From: Anolis carolinensis
Lineage: Eukaryota
Direction: 5' to 3'
DNA length: 64,000 nt
Assembly (NCBI RefSeq): GCF_035594765.1
Contig: NC_085846.1
Span: 99,993,190 to 100,057,189, forward strand
Under the pieces are notes generated by a model. It was not told the DNA's origin, did not search any database, and saw nothing but the letters and a program-made list of their open reading frames with translations. The position numbers and the translations under genes are program-made. Shown here in pieces: positions 13,697 through 28,544 of the stretch; position 1 is the stretch's first letter, and each line of letters opens with the position of its first letter.

Positions 13697-16525
13697 TGAA
13701 TTTGAAATATTCTTCTCCATTCTTTCTGAGCAATTAAAGACATTTCAGAACACTGACATGAAAAGATTAATAGCAATGCTGCCACTGATATTGTTTTCAC
13801 AATATTTTTGACCTGGAAGTGCAATTTTCTGATTGATTGATTAATTGATTTTTGCAGTGAGTCCAGCAAATAGGATAGCTAAACAGCCTCACAAATTATT
13901 TCTGACAGGCAAACAATAAATCATGGCACTTATGAAAAATGGCAAGTGGCTTCACGTCTCACACTGTCCTTGTTTGGTACCTCAGGCAGAGATGAATTAT
14001 GAAGCATTTCAGGAGCCAGGTACCTTCCATGTTCCAGCTGGTATTTCTCTGACTTCCAAGACTTCCTTACATTTGTTCACTGAACTGTTTACTTTAAGAC
14101 AACAGAGCTGGGCATCTGTGTTACCCTCTAAATTCCAAAACCTCCACCATTTCACTTTCCAATCTTTGCTAAAACTATTGTCCACAAAGGAAGAGGAAAA
14201 TGAGGAGGGAGAAGAAGCTTGGAAAAATATTATTTTCCAGAATCAGCACTTCCAGATACTCTCCAACTGTTCTGAGAGAGAGAAGCTTCATCCACCTTGA
14301 TTCTGACTTTGCACTGGAAAAACATATGAGACCTAGGACTTCATCACATTGACAATTCATCCCTTTTCTGGGATGGTTAGCCATCCCATGTCCTTTTCTG
14401 TACTTTCCTGTGCTTTCTCCTTTCTTGTGTTATTGTCTGGAGTCGCATAGCACCCAGAACATGGTATCTTCTCTCCATTCTAACATGCTGGTAACACGGA
14501 TTCCCAAGGGCAGCTATTGGGTCTCAGAGGGACTCTGTTTTGCCAGCACGCTAAAATAGAAGATGGAGAGAAGGTTATGTGGGATGAAGTCATTAGATGG
14601 ATTCAGACTGGTTTAAAAGACCAGAAACTCCTAGAATTTGTTCCTATGCTTTTTCATTTTATTTTGGAGATCTGTAGATAATTTTTCCCACATATTTCCA
14701 GTTCCTATTATGATCAAACTTTTTCTACCAGTTTCCCAAACTGGTTTATTTTAACCTAGCATAAAATCAGAAAGGACTTGGACAAAATCTGGTATTTTTC
14801 AATCAGTTTGGACACACTCTTAGGACTTATTTGCATGGAAGTTACAAACCAGCATTGAAGAAAGACCATCACCTTTGGCACAATCTTGCACACAATCTGT
14901 TGCCAGTCTACCACTTCTCTACAAAAAACCCATCCCCAGTTATTGATAGGAAAACCCATCAATAGCCTTCTATTTCACTATGGTTCCCATACTTACCTTG
15001 TGTGATACGATCAATCAAGTTCTGTGGTGGCATGATGGCACAAAAGTGATGTCAGGGGCATCATTCTGCCCTCACAGCAATTTAAGATTTAGAGTTTTTG
15101 GAAAATCACTAAACTTTGCTGAAATTACTATGTTGCTTAAAAGAAATAATTAAAAACAATAACAGAGTTATGTCCCTGACCAAACATGCAACCATGGATT
15201 CAGAGATTGCTGTGCAAAGCTTTAAGGTGCAATAGGGACAGTCCCCATACAGGTAAATTGCCGTTATTCCTGAATGTGCAAATGGCGCAGGCTAGGATCA
15301 AATCCTTAATAATGTTGTGTCAATAGCTTTAATAGTTCCTAATTTTCCTTTGGGAAAGTTGGCTCAGAAATTATTATATGTTTCAAAGCCCATGGAAGCG
15401 TCAATACAAAACTGTATATAACCATGTTGGCTGAAAATTCTAGGTGTTGTGATCCAAAAGGTCTGTTTTTTGTTTTTGTTTTAAAAATAGCAACAACAAC
15501 AACAATAGGGACTCCACTGAGGATGGAAAGATACAATTAGCAGCACAATGCCTCCCAATGTCACTTTGGGATACATAAAAAGATTTTGCTGATCTGGCAT
15601 GTCCTGACCATTCTTTACTGTTAATTGTGTTTTGTGACCTCTCAAATTAGGATAGCTGTCTTAAAGACCATTTTAACTTTCAAAGCTGACACATCCATAA
15701 TACTGTTGCTGGTTCCCCTATTAGGAAGCCTGATGCAGCCATTCTAATAAAGCTGCTGTACCAATAAATTTAATGAGAATGAACTAATAGGGTTTTAATG
15801 TTGTCACTCTTGGTCATAAGAGGTAAAAGGGCTGGTTGCCTTTTATACTTCACTACTGTCTAGATTTCAACAGCACTGCTATAAAATCATAGTAATAAGA
15901 TCCTACAACCCTATAGTAGACATTTTAAAATATCACACTCCAAAGATCTGTTTCCCAAAAGTGCTAATTAGTTATTGAGGAGGAAAATAATTGTGCATGG
16001 ATCTATGAGAGAGGCTAGATATATCACTTTGGGGACATGCTAGTCTGGGACTCATTGAAATGCAGTTAATAATTTTAGAAGTGTCAAGTTCTGATCCAAG
16101 GTATTCACAAAACTATGTTTCCCTATATATGCAAATATGGAGGGACTTTAATTCCAGATATTCGTCAATATCCTGCACTGGTTACAAGTCTAATGTCATT
16201 TTCCCCTCTCTCAGCCCACCTTAACAGCCAGCAGACATTTCTACTATTCTTTTGCCAGCAAGTCAGGCTATGATGAGGACTTGCAAGAGGGTCCTGAATC
16301 TCATTGTCTGTTTCAGAGTGCTATGGCAGGGAGCTGGAAATATCATTTTCCTTGTGGCCAATCATTCTGAACAGACCTCTTTTACTCTATGTGGCTGCTG
16401 GCTGTTAGGATGGATTGGGAAAACTAGGTAACCAAATACAGAACAGTTATGGCTCATAGTTCTAGGCTACAAATCTGTAACTGCAGTACCAAATGGCAGA
16501 TATTATGTTTACATTATAAGCACAA

Positions 16526-16857
16526 GGAGCCCCAGTGGTGCAGCGGGTTAAACCGCTGAGCTGCTGAACTTACTGACTGAAAGGTTGGCAGTTCAAATCC
16601 ACGGAGCGGGCTGAGCTCCTACTGTTTAGATCCAGCTTCTGCCAACCTAGCAATTCAAAAACATACACATGTGAGTAGATCAATAGGTACTACTCTGGCA
16701 GAAAGGTAACGGTGCTCCATGCAGTCATGCCAGCCACATGACCTTGGAGGTGTCTAGGGACAACGCCAGCTCTTCAGCTTAGAAATGGAGATGAGCACCT
16801 CCCCCCAGAGTCGGACACAACTAGACTTAATGTCAGGGGAAAACCTTTATCTTTACC
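16526..16857 (+). mobile_element. Sauria SINE
   Basis: ggagccccagtggtgcagcgg head, acctttatctttacc tail, TSD tat(a/c)agcacaag. Confidence 0.9.
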
Positions 16858-19800
16858 TATCAGCACAAGTTGTATGGATAGGATTCCTAATTTTGTGATG
16901 TTAATAAGCTTTTCTGTTCCCCAGCTTTAAACGTTGAAGGAACACAGGGAGCCTCCTTATATTGCCCTATTTAACTGACCAATATTGGACTGACTGGGAG
17001 CAGTTCCCCAGGGCTCAAGGAAGGATTATTTTCTAGGCCTTGGTATTTTCTAGTGGTCCTCCATCAAGCTGCTTGCTGTTATTGTGTGCCTTCAAGTCAT
17101 TTCCGATTTTTGGATAAAGACGAATATATTACAGGGTTTTGTGAGACTAAGAGTGTGTCTTGCCCAAGATCACCCAGCGTGTTTTCATGACCAAATGGGA
17201 ATCTGAACCCTGTTCTCCAAAGTCATAGTCCAATGCTCAAACCACAGCACCACTACTTGTTGGGACACTTTTCATCCCATTTGTTTATAAGGGGAAGCTG
17301 GTAAGAGGCAGTATGAAGTAATGCAGTGGTTCTCAACCTGTGGGTCCCCAGGTGTTTTGGCCTACAACTCCCAGAAATCCCAGCCAGTTTACCAGCTGTT
17401 AGGATTTCTGGGAGTTGAAACATCTGGGGACCCACAGGTTGAGAACCACTGGTGTACTGGATGGAGACTAAGAATCTGAGAGACCAAGGTCTACATTTGC
17501 ATTCATCTGTGGAAGCCCACTGTGGGAACTTAGGCAAGTCATATCTTCTCAACCTTGTCTTTTAATATTGTAAAGTTCTGAAGTTTTATACTCTATGTTT
17601 GTGACCATAACAATAAAATTCATTTATTTATTCATCCTCAGAGGAATTGAATAATAAGCATAATCTGAATAAGTCTTCCTAGCAAACCCTAGGATGGAGT
17701 TATTAGTTATTAATTCCACCTCTTTATTTTTGTGGGGATATTTGGCAGCTGAGATGTTTGTGAAGCTGCTGGAAGTTCTGTGCAGAAGCATGCTTGAGAC
17801 GAATGGTTCAGCACTACTGAATAACATCACTCCTGCACACTTGAAATTATGTTTTGTCTTTCTTCCACCAGTCTAAGTGGTTCACTGCTCAGAGCTGCAG
17901 AGTTGCTCTGAATCCCAATACACAAAATGACCTTGGCTAGAGACACAACTCTAACGGAGGTGGGGAGAGGTATAGTACAAAAGATCCCGGGAAGCACTAA
18001 TGATAAGTAACGTGATATTTGAAGAACTGACCTCAATCTCTGGGTAGTGACCCTTATCGGGCATCGCACAACTACAGAAAGCTCAGGCAAAGAGAGAAGG
18101 AGATTTCAACTTCGATAAAGGTAGTAAATGCAGTCTTCTACCAGAGGAAATAAATTGGTTGCTTGCTATTGATCCAGCAAAAGAGCGCTTCATCAAGTCT
18201 GTTGGGTCACACACAAGCAAAATCTTGGAAATTGGTGTTTTCATCCAAATAAATGTAACCCCACAGAATATATAGGTAGGAGAGGAAATGTTTAACAAAT
18301 GAAGAAGTTTCAGGCCATGCAACTGAAATGATCAATTGTTGTTGTTGCATGCCTTCAGGTCATTTCCGACCTGTGGTTGACACTAAAGCAAACCTATCAC
18401 TGATTTTTCTTGGCAAGATTTGTTCAGAGAGGGTTTGCTTTTGCCTTTCCCTGAAGCTGAAAGAGTGTGACTTGGACAAAGGCACCTAATAAATTTCCAA
18501 AGCCAAGCAGGAATTTCAACCTTGGTCTCCAGAGTCTTAGTCCAATATGCCAACCCCCACACCACACTGATTCTCATGTACCTATTGACAAAAGTTGTAC
18601 ATATTCCAAATATGATTAAGGAAAATAAGAGCTAACCTTACACAGGTGGCTCGATTGTTAGGCAACAGGATTCATTCTAGATCAGATATTACAGTGCTAT
18701 TACAGGCTAACATTGTTGCTACTGATTGCCATCAAGTAAATTTCGACATATGCAGACTCCATGAATGAGAATCCTCTGGTACAATCTGTCATCAACAGTT
18801 CTTCTCAGGTTCTGCAAATTAGAGTCCAGGTCTTCCTATTTTATGCAATCTTCCTCTTTTGTTTCTACCTCCCACTTTGCCAAGTGTGATATTTTTTTCT
18901 CAAAAGTCACATCATGAAATGGTCAAAGTGTGATAGCCTTACTTTGATTATTTAGACTTTTATTTCCCTGTTTTCTAGGCACTGTTTGGGCTTGATTTGC
19001 TCTAGAATACATTTATTGGGCATTTTGGGGGTCCATGATATATATTCCGGGAAGACAATTGACAAATAGTGTATATTGCAGAATAGTGAGGATTTTGCCT
19101 CACATATTTCTTTTTGGGAGAAACCCTATCTTTGTGATTATGTAGTTGCACCCAGACCAATTGATTCTTAATTGAAACTCTGCATTAAGCAGCATAATCA
19201 GAACTGATGTTGATCACCTGTACTAATATTTCAAAAAAATACTAACATGTGTTAAGAAAACATATATTTTCAAATACTTTTCTTGGCATGGCTGTATAAA
19301 GGGTGTAGAATATTTAAGCCAGGAGATTTTCCACATTCAGATCTAAAATCTGAGTGAGACAGAACCACATTTCCAGACTGCTGCTTTTTGGCAATGCATG
19401 TGCATTTCTATGGCTTTGAGGTATCAGCAGATGTTCAACATCTGTAGAAGGCTCAGAGGAATTGTTGGCACCCAATGTGCTGTAGGAATAATATTACATA
19501 TGAAAACAAACTAGGAACTGGTACTTTTCGAAATAGTGCAGTGTTTCTAACTCCATTTCATATCCTTCATTTTCAAAATAGCCAGATTCTTAAACATTGT
19601 CCCTACCTCCAATGTGATAAATCCATATTTTTGTACCATGCAGCCTTGTATTACAACATTCTAATTCACAATCTTTCAAACTAAAAGCAATCAATGGCAA
19701 AATACAAAATAATGTATTGATAGGTTTATAATACAAGTAATAACAGAGAAAGTTCTATTTCCCAAGTAATACCTAGAATCCAGGAAGGTACCTTATACTA

Positions 19801-20289
19801 AAGCCAGCTGTCCATATTGGTAGCAAAATTATGTCTTGGAAGTTCTGTTTTGCTTTCTAAAAATGAAAACACTGAGTTCCAACAAATAGTGACTAACAAT
19901 TGCTTTTAAATAGGGTAACTGGAGCATACATTCTTAGAATTAACACTACCTCCAGGAATCACAAAATTTCATTTTCAGTAACAGATACCTTAATCCTGGT
20001 TCCCTTCACATTACAAAAAAAATGCTAAATGAGCCCTCAGACAGTGTTGGGCAAGGAACCATCTGATGCATTTGAAATAGTTGATTATTGTGCCTTCCTG
20101 AAGGTTATTCCAAAGTTAAGTGCCAAAATATACTTTCGTCTTCTCTCTAGTCTTTTTACCTGTACATGGGAGGGACATATTTTATTGTTGTTAAAAATAA
20201 AATAGGGGGGGAAATGAAGCCTTCATTACTCATCTAAACAAGTCCTAACCCAGAATGGGATCTTGCATGCCTACTTGAAATTGTAGCGC

Positions 20290-20923
20290 AAATATGGCTT
20301 CCAGATTAATAACTGGGGCTAGCTTTAGGGAGAATATCATGCCCTTATTAAAGCATCTCCACTGGCTTCCAAAATTTTTCTGGGCCCAATTCAAAGTGCA
20401 GGTTATTACCTATAAAGCCGTATACACTTCGAGTCCAACCTATCTTCACAACTGCATCTTCTTCTATGAACCGGCACAGGCTTTTCTTTCGGTCCCACCA
20501 CCGTCTGAAATACAATTGGTGGGGACAAGAGAGAGGGCTTTCTAGGTGGTGGCTCCCCAACTCTGGAATGCCCTCCTTAGAGAGATTAGGCTAGCCCCCT
20601 CTCTTCAAACTTTCCAATCCAGTCTAAAAACATGACTTTTTAAATAAGCCTTTGATCTTGTATAGATTTTAAGGGTTAGTATAATGACTTGATGGCTTCA
20701 CTTCGGCACTGAGTTCGTTAATTTAAAACAATCAATTTTATCCACAGTTATGACTGCGTTTTATGAATTTGGTATTTTAATTTTATTATGTGATATTTTA
20801 TGGATGTCTTCTCATGTTTTTATTGTTTGATGTCTATGTACTGTCATTCTTTTTTATGTGTGACACTTTGGAGTGCTTTGTTAGCCACCCTGAGTCCCTT
20901 TGGGGAGATGGTGGTGGGGTACA

Positions 20924-20968
<45 letters not shown>
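20290..20968 (+). mobile_element. L2-clade LINE 3' end with (AAT)n tail
   Basis: ORF ASRLITG...PLLKHLHWLP typical of the L2 ORF2 C-terminus; 3'UTR ends gccaccctgagtccc...ggggtacaaataataat. Confidence 0.75.
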
Positions 20969-21002
<34 letters not shown>

Positions 21003-21323
21003 GTATGACACAACAAACAAGATAGATATGCTGGATTTCGTATCACAAAATCACAAGTTGAACACTTCCCAAGTGTTTAGGACTGTGTGATGTATTTTCG
21101 GATGATGCGCGCAGATCCCAGTAGGGTGGCCTTTTGCAGTTGGCAGATCGTAATTTTGTCAATGTCTATTGTTTCCAAATGCTGGCTGAGATCTTTTGGC
21201 ATGGCACCCAATGTGCCGATCACCACCGGTACCACCTGTACTGGTTTCTGCCAGAGTCTTTGAAGTTCAATCTTGAGGTCCTGATAGCGGCTGAGTATTA
21301 TTATTATTACTATTATTATTATT
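20969..21323 (-). mobile_element. R4/Dong-clade (restriction-like endonuclease) LINE 3' fragment in (TAA)n; shorter copies ~47375-47500 and 63853-64000
   Basis: Minus strand reads LSRYQDLKIELQRLWQKPVQVVPVVIGTLG...LQKATLLGSARIIRKYI, an RLE C-terminus; flanked by TAA repeats on both sides. Confidence 0.75.
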
Positions 21324-23252
21324 TTAGGAAGTGATATTTAACATAACACACAGTTGAACTCCTAGTAAAATCATCTCTAATGAGGCAGAAACACTGGTAA
21401 AATGAGGGAATAATCTAATAGAATCTAATTTCCCATGAAAAATGCAAAAGATTCCTGCAGTGTTCCTGTGTATGTTTACCAAAGCTCCGTGATCTTTTAA
21501 AGGGGGAGGAAAGATGTCTTTTATGTGCATATGGTCACCTTGATGAACACAACATACCCTTATCCTCCTAAGGCAAAGATGAGGAGATTTTATTGTCCAT
21601 CCGCCAATACTAACAGATGGCATGGCTAATTGTTGTTCAAAGGATGTGTATTGTTCTCATTTCTCAAGGGCAATTTTGAGAGCAAATATGAGGTTCTCCC
21701 CAACATCATATTTTTACATTAGTTAAAAAGCTTCCAGATATAAGTGGTTAAACAGAAAATAAAGGCAGGATAGTCTATGGCAGGCATGAGCAAACTTCCG
21801 CCCTCCAGATGTTTTGAATTCAATTCCCAGAAATCCCAGCCAGCTTACCGGCTGTTAGGAATTGTGGGAGTTGAAGTCCAAAACAATTGGAGGGCTGAAG
21901 TTTGCCCATGCCTGGTCTAAGGCATCATTTATTGGGCTAGGAAAACCCCATGTCTGTTTTATCAATATAGCGCTGTTCATTCCTGATCTCAAGATTGATC
22001 CAAGACACTTTCTTTTAAAACAAGAACAAAGGGCAACCTTCGGTCTGTATCACTCAAAGCTAAACAAATTATACCCAAATTTTGTGAACCATGGCTTCTT
22101 TGAGTTTATCCACCTGCAGTGTGGTTTTCCTTTATTCTACCACCTTCCAAGAATCATCATGCTTTCTAATGATTCATATAATCTCATGATATGTGCAAAG
22201 GACGATACGCTCAGTTTCGTCACGATGGTTTCTAGTGACCAGATCTTTTGTAAAGCAAGAGACTCTTAACTGCTCATTCAAAACTCAAAACAACAGATCA
22301 AAATACTAGTTTCTTTTGATGAAAATGGCAAGACTTTCCTCAAACAATTGTGAGGATTGTAATTAAACTGAGAGTAGATAAAGAAGCTGGTGAACCAGAA
22401 TTTCACCAAAATATTCAAAAACATCCATCGACAAACTCTGAGCTTGCAACACTACTTGGTCTATGGAAATGTGAAAATATAATACTGTCCCATTATGTTG
22501 TGGAATGACAAAAAACCCTGCCCAAGTATGGAAATAAAATATAGCAGAGAACACTGGGATTTACCAGAAAATAATCTAGGACAATAAAAGTGGATATTTT
22601 AAAGGAGTATTACGAACTATAACACCAAATGCCACAAGACATTTGCCCCATCTAGAGGAGCCCTACAACTGCTGTTACTGTCATCCTTTTTCTTTGCAAA
22701 ATTGATTCAGAGTGAATTGCCATTGCCTTTCCTGTTGTAGAAAGAATATGATTTGCCCAAATTCACCCAGTAAATTTCCATGGCTGAACAGGGATTCAGA
22801 CCCTGGTCTCCAAAAATCCTAGTCCAGATCTTAAAGCCATCATACTACACAAACTTCCATTTTTAATACAATGGTGTTAATATTGTTGCAGATCTATGCA
22901 CCTACACGTATGTCCAGGCAGCCTTTGGTTTGGGTTTACCTCAGGAAATGGAAAAGCAGATCACTAATATAAAAGAAGATGAGTATCCTGTGTGTAATCA
23001 TTCTAATATGATCAGAACCAGTGAGGAATAATACTGGAGGTTTTATTCAGCAGGTCTGTTGGTCACCATGTTCTCTCAGCCTGCATGCTTCACAGGCTGT
23101 GAGGAAAGCTGACATGAGCTTAACAGGTCTTTTAAAATCCCATGTCTATTTTTCATCTACAGTGAGCCTTCCAGATATGGACTCTGGATCCATGATTTCC
23201 CCTGACTACAGATCATCATACCTCATATTATCAAATAGCATTGATGTGTTTG

Positions 23253-23989
23253 CATAGAATCATAGAATCACAGAGTTGGAAGAGATCTCGTGGGCCATCC
23301 AGTCCAACCCCATTCCTGCCAAGAAGCAGGAAAATCGCATTCAAAGCACCCCAACAGATGGCCATCCAGCCTCTTTTTAAAAGCTTCCAAAGAAGGAGAC
23401 TCCGCCACACTACGGGGCAGAGAGTTCCACTGCTAAATAGCTCTCACAGTTAGGAAATTCTTCCTAATGTTCAGGTGGAATCTCCTTTCCTATAGTTTGA
23501 AGCCATTGTTCCGCGTTCTAGTCTCCAGGGTAGCAGAGAACAAGCTTGTTCCCTCCTTCCTATGACTTCCCTTCACATATTTATACATGGCCCACATCAT
23601 GTATTCTCTTAGCCTTCTCTTCTGCCAGCTAAACATGCCCAGCTCTTTCAGCCGCTCCTCATAGGGCTTGTTCTCCAGACTCTTGATCATTTTAGTCGCC
23701 CTCTTCTGGAAACATTCCAGCTTGTCAACATCTCCCTTAAATTGTGGTGCCCAGAATTGGACACAGTGTTCCAGGTGTGGTTTGACCAAGACAGAATAGA
23801 GGGGTAGCATGACTTCCCTGGATCTAGGCACTATATTCCTATTTATGCAGGCCAAAATCCCATTGGCTTTTTTTAGCCACCATGCCACATTGTTGGCTCA
23901 TGCTTAACTCATTGTCCACAAGGACTCCAATCGAAGATCTTTTTCACACATACTGCAGTCAAGCCAGGCATCCCCCATTCTGTATCTTT
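23253..23989 (-). mobile_element. CR1 LINE, 5'-truncated
   Basis: [14 protein letters not shown]...LPLYSVLVKPHLEHCVQFWAP; (ATTCTATG)n-type tail. Confidence 0.92.
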
Positions 23990-25327
23990 ACAGCTGCCAA
24001 GTTGTACTTACTTAGTATTGATGAAAGTGTTCTCAAAGAAAGTCCTTTTTATGCTAGTTATTATCTATGAATAGTTGATAAAATTTGAAGTAAGAAACAG
24101 AACTTAAAGCTAATTGACCTATGTTTGTTCTTGCAGGGAATGTATGCATATTTTCTCAGAAGGAAGTGTCACTGCAACCAATGAACTTACTCTGTAGCAA
24201 GCCCATTTAAGAACAGCTTTAGTAAATTATTAAAATTAAAATAACCATTGACTGACAGCTATGGTAAATCACTAAAAGGTTTGTTTGCTGGTCTCAGCTG
24301 AGACATGTCTTATGTGCTTTTTTGTGTTTTGGTTTCAGCCTGCAGGCATGGAAAAAATAATTACTTTGTACAAAATATTAAAACATTGGAACCGTAAGAT
24401 AAGCAAAACCCGGCAAATTAAATAAACTAGCAGTCTGAATGAGATGGCCTCCCAAGAAGTCTAATGTTCTTTCAAGCATGAAATAAAGCACATTGCTTCA
24501 AGTACCTTTATCCATTTGGCACAAGATAAATGTCTTTACCGCTCCTGCCTTCTTTCTTAATAAAAACCAACAAGCCCTTTCCTTCACCAAACAAAATATT
24601 TGACAGAGTCTACGGAAAGCTTTGTCCAGTTTTAGTCTTCCAAAATGAACATCAGCTTATTTGTGTGTGATTAAAGCATCTGTAACCCTCTTCTGAAGTC
24701 ACCTGCTTTCAATCTATCAATAGTCCCGGGCATCCTTTGTGCTCCTCTCCGCAAGGGCCATATTCATGCAATTCAGATGCGATTACGGGTTTAACTCATT
24801 CAATAGTTTGCACTTGCTTTGAAGGGATTACATGAAAGCTACTATGCATACATAGCGGTTACTGAGCCAGTCATGAAGCAAGCAGGTGAAAGTAGACTTC
24901 ACAGCAGGAGGAGGGAAGAGAGACTTAGGCTGTTGCACTGCAACTCACATTATCTCCCATGATTTGAGTGTTGATATAAAATAAGAAGAGTCACTTTAGC
25001 TCCAGGAAACCCACCCAAAAAAGATTCCCCCCCCCAATTTTGAAACAAAATCCTTAACATCTAAAAAAAGGGAGAAACAATAACAACAATACATGACTCA
25101 ACATAGTTGCCTGGATTTTTGGATTCTTCTTGAGGATTTATGGACATTTCTGATTATTCTGAAGTACATTATGAAGCTTTTCCTAGAATGGAGATGCATT
25201 TGCTCACATTCTACATACAGAAAGATCTCAGATACTATCCCATAAACACAACATTGCTACTATCAATCCTATTATGACCAAACATTTTTTAAATAAAATA
25301 TCCTAATTTAATAAGATAATTTTATAC

Positions 25328-25983
25328 ACTTATATACTCGAGTATAAGCCAACCCGAATATAAGCCGAGGCACCTAATTTTACCACAAAAACTGGGAAAA
25401 CATTGACTCCAGTATAAGCAGAGAGTAGTAAATTTCAGAAATAAAAATAGATACCAATAAAATTACATTAATTGAGGCATCAGTAGGTTGAATGTTTTTG
25501 AATGTTTACATAAAGCTCAAATTTAAGATAAGACTGTCCAACTCTGATCAAATCATTATTTTTATCTTCTTCAATGTAAATGTGCTTATGTATCCTTTTA
25601 ATAATAATAGAGTAAAATAATACATGTAATTATTATTATTATTGTTATTATTATTACAGGAAAATAATACATGTAATAATAAATAGAGTAAAATAATATA
25701 TGCAATAATAATAAGATCAGAGTGAAATAATAAATGTATTAGTAATAATAATAAAATAGAGTAAAATAAATGTAATAGTAGCAACAATAATAGAGAAAAT
25801 TAATAATTGTAATAATACCAATAATAATAGAGAAAAATAATGAATGTACCATATATTCTCGAGTATAAGCTGACCCAAATATAACCCCCCTTGGCTTATA
25901 CTCACCCGAGTATAAGCCAAGGGGGGCTTTTTCAGTCTAAAAAAAAGGGCTGAAAAACTAGGCTTATACTCGAGTATATACAG
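25328..25983. mobile_element. Non-autonomous Tc2-like DNA transposon with AT-rich interior
   Basis: TIR TATATACTCGAGTATAAGCC / GGCTTATACTCGAGTATATACAG followed by TA. Confidence 0.75.
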
Positions 25984-26937
25984 TACATAAATTCACTTGC
26001 TTTACTCATATCAAATTCTCTCAATGCATTTTTAAAAGCAACATCAAGAGCTCGAATTGTATATTGCTATAATTGCAATGGTATTTGTAGATTAAAAAAC
26101 AACATAAATTAATGCACTTTACAAAAGTGGGGAGAAATGCCAGCATAAACCACAACCTTATTCACAATTTGTATTATTTTTAAAACAGAGTAATAAACTA
26201 TGGCCCACAAAACCCTTTTTGACTTACAACTCTGTTCAGCTTCGGCCAGCATTTCCAATAAAGCAGGACTCTGGGAGATGTGGTTCAGAAACATCTAGAT
26301 CAGGCATGGGCAAACTTGGGCCCTCCCAGTGTTTTGGACTTCAACTCCCACCATTCCTAACAGCCTCAGGCCCTTTCCTTTTCCCCCTCAGCCGCTGAGG
26401 CTGAGGGCCTGAGGCTATTAGGAATGGTGGGAGTTGAAGTCCAAAACACCTGGAGGGCCCAAGTTTGCCCATGCTTGATTTAGAGGGTTCCCAATTTCAA
26501 CCCTGCTTTATATTAAAATACTTACAGCACACATGTCGATACACACCGATGTTAACTTCCCACTGAGTTCAACAGGGCCCTTTCCCAGGCAAAGGAGTAT
26601 AGGGTTGCAGTTGAAGACAATCAAGATAATCTGTGCACATTGCATAAAATGCATAACATTTATTAAAAGCAATAAAAGATATTTTGATACATTCTTTATA
26701 ACGTCAGATATTTAGAGTGCACACTCAACATTAATGTTTTGACTTTTAACAAAAAACAACAAATTTCATTGATTCACTTAAGCTGCTTTTAAAGAAGGAT
26801 TTTTCTGGAATTTTGAAGAGGCTCAGAAGTTGGAGATTAAAAATGTTTATAGTCCTTTAAATCCCATTAGGAAGGCATCTTTTCTCATTAGATGTAATAA
26901 TGCATATACGTATAAACACATAGTATTTTGAAGGTCA

Positions 26938-27250
26938 GGAGCTCTCGATGGCATAGCAGGTTAAACCACTGAGTTGCTGAACTTGCTGAACGGTCAGCGG
27001 TTTGAATCCGGGGAGTGGAGTGAGCTTCTGCTGTTAGCTCCAGTTTCTGCCAACCTAGCAATTCAAAAACATGCAAATGTGAGTAGATCAATAGGTACTG
27101 CTCCAGTGGGAAGGTAACAGCGCTCCATGCAGTCATGCCAGCCACATGACCTTTGAGGCTTCTACGGACAATGCCAGCTCTTCGGCTTAGAAATGAAGAT
27201 GAGTCGGACACAACTAGACTTAATGTCAGGTAGAAGCCTTTACCTTTTAC
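26938..27250 (+). mobile_element. Sauria SINE
   Basis: Same family sequence; TSD tttgaaggtca. Confidence 0.9.
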
Positions 27251-27967
27251 TTTGAAGGTCACTACAAATATGAAGTTGAGATAACATTCTGAACAGAATG
27301 ATCCACTTAAGAACTTCAAAGTCTCTTTGACATTTTCAATAGTTGTTTTACCCCTGAAGCCAATGGAATCTTAAAAGGAAGTTGACTTGGACAGGATAGT
27401 GCTATGTTTTTCTTTTGGAATCACATATAAAGAAAGCGGAGTCACATATAAAGAAAGCACGGTCTAATGGCTTGAGTGATGGACATCAGGAGACGAAGGT
27501 TCAAATTACTGCTTGGTCGTGGATCTTGAGCAAATCACACCCTTTCAACCTTAGAGAAAAGCAAAGACAAATCCTCTCTATACAAATTTTGCGATAGGTT
27601 TGTCTTAGGGTCACCATAAGTCAGAAATAACTTAAAGGCACACGACAATAAGAAAACCCTAGAAAACAGGTGGTCGGAAGGCTCATAGACACATACCTGA
27701 GAACAACTACTTTCACTGCTAGACTTTTGCTTTTCTTGGGTTGAACTTGAAGGTCATTGCTACTCAATCTCTAGGCTTATTCTATTACGAGCCTAAAATG
27801 TTTATTTTTTTCTTAAATCATTTTTATTTTTAAAAGCTGATAATTTATTTTGCTTTGTTTTAAATCCTTTGCCAGGAGCAGGACTTTTTGGTGATCATCT
27901 AAAATAAAACTCTGTTCTAGCTTTGAAACCTGCACAGTCAGCTTCCAGCAACATAGGTCCTCTAGAT

Positions 27968-28302
27968 AAGGTAAAAGGTAAAGGTTTTCCCTTGACGTTA
28001 AGTCTAGTCATGTTCGACTCTGAGGGTTGGTGCTCATCTCCATTTCTAAGCCGAAGAGCTGGCATTGTCCATAGACACCTCCAAGGCCATGTGGTCAGCA
28101 TGACTGCATGGAGCGCTGTTACCTTCCCACCGGAGCAGTACCTTTTGATCTACTCACATTTGCATGTTTTCGAACTGCTAGGTTGGGAGAAGCTGGGGCG
28201 AACAGCGGGAGCTTACTCTGCTCCCCGGATTCGAACCACCAACCTTTCAGTCAGCAAGTTCAGCAGCTCAGTGGTTTAATCCACTGTGCCACTGAGGGCT
28301 CC
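27968..28302 (-). mobile_element. Sauria SINE
   Basis: Same family sequence; TSD ata(g/a)gtcctc(t/c)agata. Confidence 0.9.
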
Positions 28303-28544
28303 ATAAGTCCTCCAGATACAATGGACTAAACTTCCATCACAACCCACCAATCTTTCTAATAAATAAAATCATTCTGAAATTCAAAGTATTACACTGCCTG
28401 TGGTAGTTAGTTAAGAACTAGAAGGAAATAAAGTAAAATGATTCCTGTATCCATGGTTTCATTTATACATGTCTAACAAAATATATCCTCTCTAGATATA
28501 GTCTGTCCTCCAGCACATCTTATTCTTATTCTTATTGTAGTAGA

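Noticed and set aside
20790-21046. Poly-Ile ORFs on both strands
   Set aside because: They are translations of the (AAT)n/(ATT)n microsatellite.
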